DNA from: Mobula birostris
Taxonomy: Eukaryota
Assembly: GCF_030028105.1 (NCBI RefSeq)
Contig: NC_092379.1
Coordinates: 26,219,821 to 26,283,820, forward strand
Reading direction: 5' to 3'
DNA: 64,000 nt
Shown here: in pieces, positions 53,178 through 63,099 of the stretch
Layout of the letters: the number at the start of each line of letters is the position of its first letter
How positions within the stretch are numbered: the stretch's first letter is position 1
Program-made: the position numbers and the translations under genes
Notes under the pieces: model-generated
Seen by the model: the letters and a program-made list of their open reading frames with translations, nothing else
Database searches by the model: none
What the model was told of the DNA's origin: nothing

Positions 53178-54129
53178 AAACTGGAAAGGATTCAGACGAC
53201 GTTCACGAAAATCATTTGAGGTTTGAAAGGATTGGCATAAGGAGCGTTTAATAATCCCGTGTGCATAGTCACAGGAAGTCGGAAGGAGGAGGGGTTATCA
53301 ATTGAAATCTATCCAATATTGAAAGCCTTGATAGCCGAGTATAGAGAAGATTCTTCCCTTGATAGGAGAATCTAAGACCAGAAGACGCCACCTCAGAATA
53401 AAAGGTCTCCTTTTAGAAAGAAATCAGGTGGAATTTATTTCGGCAGAGAGCGATGACTCTCCCTAAATCTTAGACAAACGCAGGTGTGGACGGCAAGACC
53501 TTATGCATATTTAGGCAGAACATTTATATATAATAGATTAGTCAGGATTTAGGAGGAAATGGGCAGAAGCTAGAAGACTGGGGCTGAGAGGTAAATTGAA
53601 TCTGCCATTATGAAATGGGGCAGCAGACTCGGTAGGTCAAATATCCTAATTCTGATTCTATACATCAATAGCAGAACACTGGAGACGTTACAACAGTAAA
53701 CGCAATTCTATAAATAAAGCGTGCACTATCAAAACCGATCCGCCACAAATAAAGAGAGATCAGGTGCTTAATAGGGTAAGGCATCAAGGCAAATGAAGAC
53801 TTGGAGCAACTGGTTGAGGCTGGTTGGTTCTATGTTTGAGCAACTGGCTGCGGTTAGGAGCTTGTTTTAAATACGCAGCAGGTAATATGTTGGAAACTGT
53901 TGTCAGTTTACTCCTCTTCGCTAATCCGAAATTGACAGTTCCCTGCTTTTGCTGCGCAGACAAGAAACATGTTTCGATTTCAATATAGGTAAGCAGGATG
54001 AGATGCATTTCTATAAGATATACCAGGCTATGAATTACCCAGTACGTGGTAGGTTGAACTCATGGAGCAGAGACATTTGGGGAAAAGTGCATGTTTTCTT
54101 GGATGTGGTGACATATGTGAATGGACTGA

Positions 54130-54830
54130 AAAGAACCGATATGCCTTGCCTGCCATAAGCGAATTCGATACTGAGATCAGGATATGATACCACTGTTATA
54201 ACTGCGCGACGGCACCAACCATTATTCCTAACATTCCAGTCGCCATAGTTCAGAAGGAGGCAGATGGGTGCAGGAGAGAATTACAAAGATGTTCAAAGTC
54301 TACCTTATGAGGAAATATCTGATGGGTTTAGCTGAAAAATGCTGGCGGGTGGACTTTTGGAAATTCAAACAATCACTGGCCCAAACGTTTGTTTTCATTG
54401 TGAGCTGTGCTTCAATGCATGAGGAGTATACGGTGTGCATGGTTTATATTAAACAGTTTAGAGAACGTTCACAAATGTATCCTCACCCGCAAAGACATGC
54501 ATCGAGTGTAACCTGGTTCTCTGGATTCAGAATTGGCTTCCCTACAGGAGGCTGGGCCTGACAATATAATGAGATTATTGGACACATGCCGAAATGAGAA
54601 AGAGATTTTCATACATGGGTGTCGTTTTAGACCGGAGATGAGGATGGATTAATTTGGCCCGAGACTGGGAAACCTGTGGAGTTCTTTGCAACAGATAGCT
54701 GCTTAGGCCAAATCTGTACCTGTATCTAAGACAGAGGTTGATAGATTCTTGACTGGTTAGGATAAAGGGGATACGGGGAGAAGAACGGTGGTTGGGAATG
54801 AGAAGCGACATGGATCAGCCATCAGGAAAT
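54130..54830 (+). mobile_element. Decayed CR1 3' fragments
   Basis: gtgcaggagagaattacaaagatgtt and gtgggaaacctgtggagttctttgcaacag...gacagaggttgatagattctt. Confidence 0.6.
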
Positions 54831-55319
54831 ACCGGACTAAGATCTGTGGGCCACAATGGTGTAAATTTCCTCAGTTGCTTTTTTTTTCATCTTTTTGTCT
54901 TATTCACTATAGGCATTGTTTTTGATACAGTGTGCACAACATAGGGGAGACAGGACGCAGGTTGGGTGGCCACGTTATCGTGCAAAGTTGTTCTGTGTGC
55001 AGCAGGGAGGATTTCGATGTATCCCAACGATTTTAATTTAATTTACCAAATCCCTTCCGTCATGGTGTCCATTCTTTCTTATTCTGCTGTGCTGAGGCAT
55101 AGTTACACATTCGGTTTGGGTAGCGTCCAACATGTTGGCATGAACATGGATTTCTCCAATTTCCCGTAATTTGTTGCATGTTGCGTTTACTCCAAATCCA
55201 TTCCTCAATTCAGGGACCCATTTATAGCCCTTTTCCTCTCCTCGTTTGCTTATCACGCTAATCTATGTGAGTGAGCATTGATTTGCACTCCATATTCAAC
55301 GCCCACAACGTTGCCTTCA

Positions 55320-56130
55320 CGACTGTAACATCAGCTGACATCATAAGGAGTCTAACAGATATCACTCTCACTCAGTTATGAGCCCTGGCAAGAACACATC
55401 TCAGGTCAAGTAGTCAGGGTGTGTAGACACCTGCTCACTGATATCCTTAATGACTTCTCAAAACTTCACTTATTCAGATTTCGGATCATCTACTATCATC
55501 CCAGTAACAAATAGATAAAAACCTTTGAAACTAAATTATAAACAACTACAGCTAGATAGCATTGACTCCAATGGCCATGAATTGCATTAGTCACACTGGA
55601 AACTAACCGTTATTTTGAACGACACATTAGCTCTACCTTGGGGAGTTTTCTGTGTTTCCGGATACATAAGTATTTGGAAAGACAACGACCGATATCAGAT
55701 ACGCAGCCTGTTTTCTGTATTGGGAGGTCGTGTCCCACCAATTGTATCGAGTTTTTCAAGATAACTACCAGTAATATTTATGAATACAAGGCAAAGGATG
55801 TCCTCTACATTCTCTTTAGCAAAGCCGTTGAGAAGTTCCCACAGAGAAGTCCGTCAAGAGGGTTCAGTCGTATTAAATTGAACAAGGCATTGGATTTTTG
55901 GGGGAATCTACAAAGTGATAGTAGTTGTTGCCTCTCCGGTGGGAGCACTGCGACTTCTGGAGTACCAAAGGGATGTTGTGTGTAATCTATATCGATGCTT
56001 CCGTTGTCAATGTTGTAAACTTGATAGAAAATTTGCTGATGAGTACAAGATTGAGGTGTAATGGGAAACGTGGAAAGTTATCATGGATTGCAGAGACATC
56101 TGGATCAGCTAGGAACCTACAGCGAATTGT
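55320..56130 (+). mobile_element. Decayed LINE RT fragments (Rex1-like 55320-55620, CR1-like 55640-56130)
   Basis: Remnants resembling TDILNDFS...STIIPV (Rex1-like) and ctttagcaaagcc...gagaagttccc / gagtaccaaaggg (CR1-like). Confidence 0.55.
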
Positions 56131-56411
56131 GCGCTGAATCTACTGTTGTTGGCTTAGTTCACAAACGACCATACGGCCAAAGTCCTGAACAAAAATATTG
56201 TCAGGTCCGTCGAATGCACGGCAATAGTGAGACTCAGCACCAAACTTTATGAGTCTGCCTATACAGAGGAGGTGCAAGAGCTTGCAACTGAGTTCCATGG
56301 AATTAATTCCTTATTTTCCGTCTGGGTAGCCTCCAACGTGATGGCATGAACATTGACCTCTAATTCCCGTAAATGCCCCACCTCCACTTCCTACCCCAAC
56401 CTTTACCTTTA

Positions 56412-56448
<37 letters not shown>

Positions 56449-56460
56449 TACTATTATTAC
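56412..56460. repeat. (TTA)n microsatellite
   Basis: attattattattattattattattatt... Confidence 0.95.
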
Positions 56461-56479
56461 TTTTTTCTCTCTCCCTGTC

Positions 56480-56835
56480 TGTTTTCTCGCTATGTCCCTC
56501 TCACTATAACTGCTTGAGCATCCTCTGGGCTCCCCCCCCCTCCGACCCCCCGTCCCGCTTTATTTCTCCCTCGGCCTCCCGTCCCATGATCCTCTGCCTT
56601 CTCCAGCCTCGTATCCCTTTTGCCAATCAACTTTCCAGCTCTCAGCTCCATCCCTCCCCCTTCTGGTCTTCTCATATCATTTTGGATCCCCCCCTCCCCC
56701 TCCCACTTGCAAATCTATTACTGTCTCTTCATTCAGTTAGTCCTGACGAATAGTTTCGGGCCGAAACCTCGACTGTACCTCTTCCTATAGATGTTGCCTG
56801 GCCTGCTGCGTTCACCAGCATTTTTATGTGTGTTC
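56480..56835 (+). mobile_element. Penelope-like element terminal repeat (pseudo-LTR)
   Basis: A C/T-rich tract followed by cagttagtcctgacga...gaaac...gactg...gcctggcctgctgcgttcaccagc; homologous to the inverted copies at 57340-57720. Confidence 0.75.
56738..56775 (+). ncRNA. Degenerate minimal type-I hammerhead ribozyme motif
   Basis: UAGUC-CUGACGA-(auaguuucgggcc)-GAAAC-CUC-GACUG: the core is present but stems II and III are disrupted. Confidence 0.55.
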
Positions 56836-56839
56836 CACG

Positions 56840-57330
56840 GAATTGATGTCTGCATAAAAGTCATCAAAACAAAGCCGATGGCGATTGACTTTTGGGCAAC
56901 ACGGGCTGCTCACACCACTGTGTGCATTAACACTGCAGCAGTGGAAACTGCCGCTGCGAGCAGTTTAACTCGCCGGGGCGCATTTCTCTCACAACATTCG
57001 CGGTCCCAGAGCAATCCATAGAACCAGGAAAGGCTAATAGCCTCTGTGTTTTTTTTTTTTTTTTGTCCCCTGAGGGAAAGGTAGCTGGATTAGGCGTATC
57101 TATACTCACAACTATCTACCGACGCTTATGTGGAGAATAATCTAACTTGCTGCAACACTGCCTAGCCCAGAGACAACTCCTCAGCGGACAGGGAGGGTTT
57201 ATAGTAGTTACTCAGAACTTCCCAATCATAACCAGCTCTAGCTTACACGATAACAAGGACATAGATACAGAATAATGCCAGAAAACGACCAGTGATATCA
57301 TGAAGGAAGCCACTCACCCAGCTCGAAAAC
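56840..57330 (+). mobile_element. Decayed Rex1-type LINE fragment
   Basis: VIKTKPMAIDFWATRAAHTTVCINTAAVET matches the KTKEMIIDFR...PVYINGAEVE pattern. Confidence 0.6.
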
Positions 57331-57443
57331 GACTTGACACATACACAAACAACAGGAATTCTGCAGATACTGGAAATTCAAGCAACACACATCAAAGTTG
57401 CTGGTGAACGCAGCAGGCTAGGCAGCATCTGTAGGAAGAGGTG

Positions 57444-57481
57444 CAGTCGACGTTTCAGGCCGAGACCCTTCGTCAGGACTA
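57444..57481 (-). ncRNA. Minimal type-I hammerhead ribozyme motif with intact catalytic core
   Basis: Minus strand: stem I UAGUC/GACUG; CUGACGA; stem II AGG-gucucgg-CCU; GAAAC; GUC cleavage triplet; palindromic ACGU stem III. Confidence 0.72.
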
Positions 57482-57549
57482 ACACAGTTAGTCACATACA
57501 CAGCAGGACGGAACGGAGCAGGCCAAAACAGCATCCATAGGAGGAAGCA

Positions 57550-57587
57550 CAGTCGACGTTTCAGGCCGAGTCCGTTCGACAGGACTA
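57550..57587 (-). ncRNA. Degenerate hammerhead motif (core CUGUCGA)
   Basis: Same architecture as 57444-57481, but with an A6-to-U change in the core and a disrupted stem II. Confidence 0.5.
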
Positions 57588-58099
57588 ACTGAAAAAAAGA
57601 GAGAGTAAGTGATTTGAAAGTGGGAGGGGGAGAGGGTGATCAGAACTTTCCAGCTCTTAGCTCCATCCCTCTCCCTCCTGTCTTCTCCTATCATTTTAGA
57701 TCTCCTCATCCCCCTCCCGGAGTGGGGGGGGGGGCGCAAAGTGTACTTGTGGGAGGGATAGACAGAGAAAATACAGTTAGAGAATAAAAAGGGAAAAATG
57801 AAAGAAATACACAAATAAATATATAAACAAGCAAACAGACAAACAAAGAAACAAACAAACAAATAAATAATTAACTAACAATCAATCAATGAGGGATGGG
57901 GTAAGAACGGGAGCAGGGGCATTATCGGAAGTTAGAGGGTCACTGTTCATGTCAGCATGTTGGATTGACGCTCATCTCTGCACCAAAAGCTCAGCAGATG
58001 CGAAACAAGGAAAACATCATTCTGATTTGCCTCTATGTCCATACGCTCCCAAACAAGTATGCGCCCATACACAGTTTCCCTGTCTCTCTCTTACTGCAC

Positions 58100-58100
<1 letters not shown>

Positions 58101-58138
<38 letters not shown>
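58101..58138. repeat. (AC)19 microsatellite
   Basis: Perfect AC run ~260 bp beyond the RSS. Confidence 0.97.
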
Positions 58139-58141
<3 letters not shown>

Positions 58142-58397
58142 CGAGTGATTATGGTTTGAATTTTAGCGCTGATATTTCTCTTGCCATGTTAACGTATATT
58201 TCACAAATTAAATGAGATAGCAGAGGTTCCAGATCTCACTGCGATAATGGAAATAGCCGTGCGGTTACAGCATTGATGTGTCTTCGTAGACGAGGGCGAG
58301 GGAAATTTCAACAGGTACTCTTAAGTGGCAGGAAACCAGAATTAGAAAAGAAGTGTATAAATATGCAGCCATCAAAGCATGGATTCTACAGTAAATG

Positions 58398-58436
58398 AGT
58401 TTTTGTACGAGCATTTAACTAGAATACATCACTGTG
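58398..58436 (-). promoter_or_regulatory. RAG recombination signal sequence, 23-bp spacer
   Basis: Minus strand reads CACAGTG + ATGTATTCTAGTTAAATGCTCGT (23 nt) + ACAAAAACT: a perfect heptamer and an 8/9 nonamer, abutting the V coding end. Confidence 0.97.
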
Positions 58437-58743
58437 TGCCTTAGGGCACAGTAATAAACTGCAGAGTCGCTTAGTTGCAGCTCTGAGATGGTGACACTAA
58501 ATACTTTGTTTCCCCTTTTCAGAGACATTTTGAAGCGTCTTTTGGCAAATTCGGCTTTATCTTCATTTTCAGCAGTATCTCTGTACAGTATGTACTGGAG
58601 ACTTTGTTCTGGCCTTTGTCGATACCAATATAAAGTATAGCTGCTCCATGTAGTATCATAGGTGCAGCTGAGAGTCACAGCTTCTTCTTCTGTCTTCACT
58701 TCTGGTGACATTATCTGAGTGACAGAGTTTCCGTGACTTGTAT
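58437..58743 (-). CDS. TRAV/TRDV: T-cell receptor alpha/delta variable gene segment, V exon (germline, unrearranged, open frame)
   Basis: Polypyrimidine acceptor ttttttttcag|AT, then (D)TSHG-NSVTQIMSPEVKTEEEAVTLSCTYDTTWSSYTLYWYRQRPEQSLQYILYRDTAENEDKAEFAKRRFKMSLKRGNKVFSVTISELQLSDSAVYYCALR. It has the conserved V-set Cys, WYRQ and DSAVYYC motifs, and its CDR1/FR2 pattern resembles TRDV1-type segments. The exon ends directly at an RSS. Confidence 0.96.
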
Positions 58744-58841
58744 CTGAAAAAAAAATGCCAAAACATGTATTGTTATATTGAAGGTTTTTTTTTTAGAACT
58801 CAGTTTCGAGAAGACATTTGAATTGTCTGCTGCGTACAAAC

Positions 58842-58887
58842 CAGTTAAACAGGCTCCGCACACAATCCAGATGACGAATCTCCACAT
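58842..58887 (-). CDS. TRAV/TRDV: Leader (signal peptide) exon of the TCR V segment
   Basis: ATG at 58887 gives MWRFVIWIVCGACLT+G (46 nt), then a GT donor (gtttgt). The phase-1 intron 58744-58841 (98 nt) splices in frame to the V exon (G|AT = Asp), which is the standard L-intron-V layout. Confidence 0.88.
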
Positions 58888-58959
58888 TATTTTCAAGAAG
58901 AACGGTTGAATGATTTTCTCCTCAACAAGTTGTCGCCGGGATTCAGAACTTCTCGATTC

Positions 58960-59125
58960 TGCTGTTTAAGTGCTATAATGGGCAAGAAATGAAAAGCGCC
59001 CAATGGGAATGCAGCCCCTTGATACATGCTCCGCCTATTGCCCCAGATGCGACATGTCCCTGTACTTCAAAGAAATATCGTCACACCCTGCTCCCTGACG
59101 GAGACAGCCCTCTGACGACATGAGC
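58960..59125 (-). promoter_or_regulatory. Putative V-segment promoter (CRE half-site cluster, CCAAT-like, GC-box-like and TATA-like motifs)
   Basis: Three TGACG half-sites lie at 59079-59083, 59097-59101 and 59113-59120 (TGACGACA, 7/8 CRE). Also present are cccaatggg (~58998), aggcggag (~59030, minus) and a ttatagcacttaaa TATA-like tract (~58970), all within 240 nt upstream of the leader ATG. Function is inferred. Confidence 0.5.
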
Positions 59126-59529
59126 CTGCAGCTCAAGAAAATGTTTTTTTTTTTTTGTTTTTTTTTTCCCCGTGGTACAGTTATCGACATGCCAAAGAGA
59201 TATACAGTGGAAATAATAAAGGGGAGCTTCTTGCCAACTTTCAGCAAAGCACCGATAACTACGAGGGCCAATCTCAGACGCAGGTCGGTTCCTGAGACGT
59301 ATGTTGTAAAGCACATATATCCGGATATTTCATAGAGACAAACAATGCTAAAATAAATTGACCGCTTCACTAAGGAACCACAGTTCTGTATGATGGAACT
59401 ATTGTCTTTGTAATAGCATATACTTATCTCTGTTTCACGGTTTTTAACCTTTCGCACTAGCCATTGCTGATTCATTCTCTGCGCATCGGTGTCTGTGTCT
59501 GTGTGTCGGTATCAATTACAACTCGCACT

Positions 59530-59612
59530 CCCGCGTGCGCGCGTATACGTGTTTGTCTGTGTGTGTGTGTGTGTGTTTGTGTGTTTGTGTTTGTGTGTCT
59601 TTGTGTGTGTGC
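59530..59612. repeat. Imperfect (CG)/(GT)n tract
   Basis: cgcgtgcgcgcgtatacgtg...gtgtgtgtgtgtgtgtttgtgtg. Confidence 0.85.
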
Positions 59613-60149
59613 TCACATCCTGTCATTCCTTAATTCGTTATCTATTGCTGTTTCAGTGATAATTGAACTTAGCAACACCCAGTGTAACGTTTTGAGTGCA
59701 CGCGCCACGATAGGTTGAATTCGACGGTGTGGCGCAATAAGACAAATAGTCCTCTAAAATATTTACATGTAATCCGTCAAGCTTTCTGCAGCTCAGCGTA
59801 AACCTGCCCAGATATTTTGGAAAACATTGGACACATTGCAACAGATATGTCGGACATATGTCAGTATGCTGAAAGAAATGTTCACTCCCTTTCAGGTATG
59901 TATATTTGAATGTCTTGTCTGCCAGTTCTGAACCATTAATTTAGCCGAAACTTGACTGGCTCAACGTATTGCGGCGGTTACGCTTCTCGCCTCTCCCTGA
60001 AAAAAAAGACGATACAATCTTCGATAACTTAGCACTGCATGAGCTCCACGGTACAAAGATTACCCATTTTTACAGAGTCTCAGTGGGCAGTACAACCAAA
60101 TTAATCTGCAAGAAGCACAAAGAATGAATGCTGTATAGGATATAGTTCT

Positions 60150-60760
60150 TCCTCCTTCACTTTCTGGGCATCTCGCTCACACTCTCTCTGCCACTTTCAA
60201 ATTTCTGCCTGCATTAATATTCCTGTATATCTTACTGTTTATTAATACTCTCTTTCATTCTCTATCAAATTCGTTATCCTTCCACCTCCAGGTCTCCGCC
60301 TTCCTCTCTCCATCAATGCCTTCCCATTTTCTATTGTCCACTTCTGGTTCCTTGTAATATGTGTCATTTTGTTAATTATCTCTTGTTTACATACAGAGCG
60401 TCTCTTTCTCCAACTCCCTCTCTCGCTCTCCCCATCTCTCTTCTCCTTAACTCTTTGTTATTTTCTCACTGCCTGTCTCTCCAGCCATTCTATCTACCCG
60501 TCTTTTTCTTCGTTTGTCTCGCTGTTTGTCTGCTACGTATCTGCCCGTAATTTCGTCTTTTCCATTATTTACCCTCTCTCTTCATCTTTCGCCTTCTGTA
60601 TTCTTTTTGTTTGTGGTTTGTGTGTTCATTGTGTTATCACCTCCCATCTTTACACTCATCTCTGTCTCTTTCCCTTTGAGCCTGTTACTCTGGCAGTATT
60701 TCCACATATTATTTTCTCACTGTAGATGTTCTCCCACTGAGAGCTTCCTAACTATAGGAC
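60150..60760. repeat. C/T-rich low-complexity region
   Basis: Strong pyrimidine skew with no credible ORF. Confidence 0.7.
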
Positions 60761-61344
60761 ATTCAATTGACTCGTGATCCCTCTAGGACTGGACATACGT
60801 GTCTATTCCTGTCTGTTTCTGTGTTTTCTTCTTAGAGAGAAAAAAAAAAAAAAACTTCTCTTCCCTCTCTAGCATTAATTGTCTGCCTGTCTATCCACTT
60901 GGACGCCACGAAGGCCTGCGGATGGCTCGGCTCTGCTATAGTTTGTGTCATTTCGGAATTCATAGTTCATTGATGGCGCTGTGAAGTAACTTTGTAAGTC
61001 TGCACAGTCGAATATGTGGAGGTTACCCGGAGACAGTGGTTTCCTTGGCAATTCAAAGAATGCGGGGTGGGTTAATTGGAGAATGTAAATTGCTCTATGA
61101 TGATAATCTGATTTGACGGTGGTTGCAGAGGCAGCGTGGTTAAAGATTTGTTAGGCCGTCCTCCGCGCAGTATCACTACTATTGAGGGAAACAACACATT
61201 TGCTAAATATACCGATTTTTTTTTTATAAGCAAAAGACCACTAACGTCACACATTCCATCTGCAAATGTGCTTTGCGAGAGTTGCTGTTCTTGTTTTTTT
61301 TTTTTCTCATTTCTTTTCTGGATCTTTCAAGAAGATGACATACT

Positions 61345-61400
61345 GAACCAATGTCCCCCGGGATCAATAAAGTATGACTATGAGTATGACTATGACTATA
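61345..61400 (+). mobile_element. Rex1 3' tail remnant
   Basis: ccccgggatcaataaagtatgactatgagtatgactatgactat, the same tail as the other Rex1 copies. Confidence 0.75.
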
Positions 61401-63099
61401 ATTGTTTGCATGGAAAATCGATTGGCAGATATATCGGGGACGGGAATGTTATTACGACCGTGAATGCGATGATAAATTTTCTCGCTCCTCATTCCAAAAA
61501 ATATGCTGGACACCTGTCTCACGAATCCATGTCCCCCTCACTTTAGCCTTATCACAATACATTGAAGGGAAAACATTGGTTCCAAGCAATTGTTAACATT
61601 TCCAACTTCCCAGTTGCTTTCATTTTCGCCAGAATGGAGAACTCAACAGATTGTATTCTGCAGCACTATTCTGAACAGAATGGACGATACATTCTATTGC
61701 CCTGCATACACAAGAGGTCTGAATTGATGAAACATGAGTCCAGGCAGATGGATAGGTGATTGATAGGTCAGGAATATGAACCTTCATGGTCTTCACTGCA
61801 ATAATGCACAAACTCATTCTCTCTGTTCCTCTCTATACTAATCTTTTTTTTTTAATTGATCTATAGTGTATCTAGAACTAGAATAATTTCCGAAAACTGA
61901 AGAAACCCGGTTCAAGCCATTTTATTAAACTCCCTCCGTCAACGAAGTCAAACCACATGGAGCAGTGCACCAAGGAATGATGGTAATTCTCTGTGAAGCG
62001 CATTCCAATGTTTGCAGTAACAACTTCTCAATCGCTGACGACTGTTGTTTTCTACTTCCAACTCGGAATAGGAAAATGTCACTTTCACAGATATGAATGT
62101 TCCGCCCTGCTAGCTTCAGTTTCTGCAAGTGATGCTGTGGAGCTGATAACTTGCAAACAGCGTGAAAAGAATAATTTTCTTTCAGAGCAAAGGGATACCA
62201 GGTGCTTAATGGTTTAAAGCGGGTATCACACAGAGATCGCCGTAGGAATCAGAGTCGGGAATTCAATCCTAAATCCCCAAAACAAAAATGCCATCAACAG
62301 TGCTGAGCGGGGCTGACCCAACGTAAAAGGAGATCCAGAATAGCAGCAAGACAGCAAAGTTATCAGCCGCCTCAAGACCGAGTGGTAGAAGCTACATTCT
62401 ATAAGAAATGTCCGAATCGCCTCCGATGTGTGTCGAAGATAAAGGGGAAAATGTGTACTAAAGGCTCTATCGCTGTAAGCTGGAGAATTGATAAAGGATG
62501 CCTTGCCCCCAAGAAAAAAATGATTTCTCTGCCATCATCCCGTTTATAACAGTCCTCCTCCTCAGCGAGAAGTGCAGGGTATTCTTCTCGATGCCTGCGA
62601 GAACGCTAGCCTCTTACTTCTATTTTGTTATTTTGCCATCCACATCTCCAGTTTAAATTTTGCTGGCTCGTGCTTTTTGGACACTTGTTTTCATTTATTA
62701 AAAAAAAACACATGCTGTATTACAAAACTAATTTCGTTCCGCTACAAATTCCTTAGGTCTCAGTTTTCCTGTAACGAAATTCCCTCAATGGAGACGCACC
62801 ATCTCAGCACCTCCACACAGAAAAGTGACATCCCGACTTCTTTCAGTGTTTCTTGAATACATCTCAATGATCAGCAACTTGCTTCGTGAGACCAGGCAAT
62901 TAAAAGTTTAACTAGCAGTTATCTGGTTATACCTCGCCAACGCCGACGGTTCAATAGAACGAGTCCTCAACCAGACAGGTCTGGACCACTACTATGACCT
63001 ACCAGTTAGGCAAGACATGATTATCATTTACGTAGGAGGACTGCGCTTCAGTTCAGCCCATCGTACATTCAGGTAGCAAGTCGTCTAAAAAGAGATTCC

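Larger units (their letters stand above)
48140..53640 (+). mobile_element. Old fragmented CR1 (ORF1 esterase to ORF2 end), split by a solo LTR and an L2/Crack insertion
   Basis: SGNH remnants at 48.2-48.6 kb, the endonuclease start at ~48.8 kb, RT remnants at 51.55-52.32 kb, and a continuation ctggaaaggattcagacgacgttcacg at 53181 running to a 3' end near 53.64 kb. Confidence 0.72.
57340..57720 (-). mobile_element. Two tandem Penelope-like terminal repeats
   Basis: The unit gcagcatc..taggaag..cagtcgacgtttcaggccgag..cc.ttcg.caggactaac occurs twice, about 106 nt apart. Confidence 0.78.

Noticed and set aside
60040-60127. HGTKITHFYRVSVGSTTKLICK resembling V-domain FR1
   Set aside because: It stops after a few codons and has no WYxQ, second Cys or RSS.
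61620-61840. Possible V relic on the plus strand (EQNGRYIL...SSLQ spacing resembles EQSLQYIL...SELQ)
   Set aside because: No conserved Cys, Trp or YYC, in-frame stops, and no RSS or leader. It is not distinguishable from chance without a profile search.
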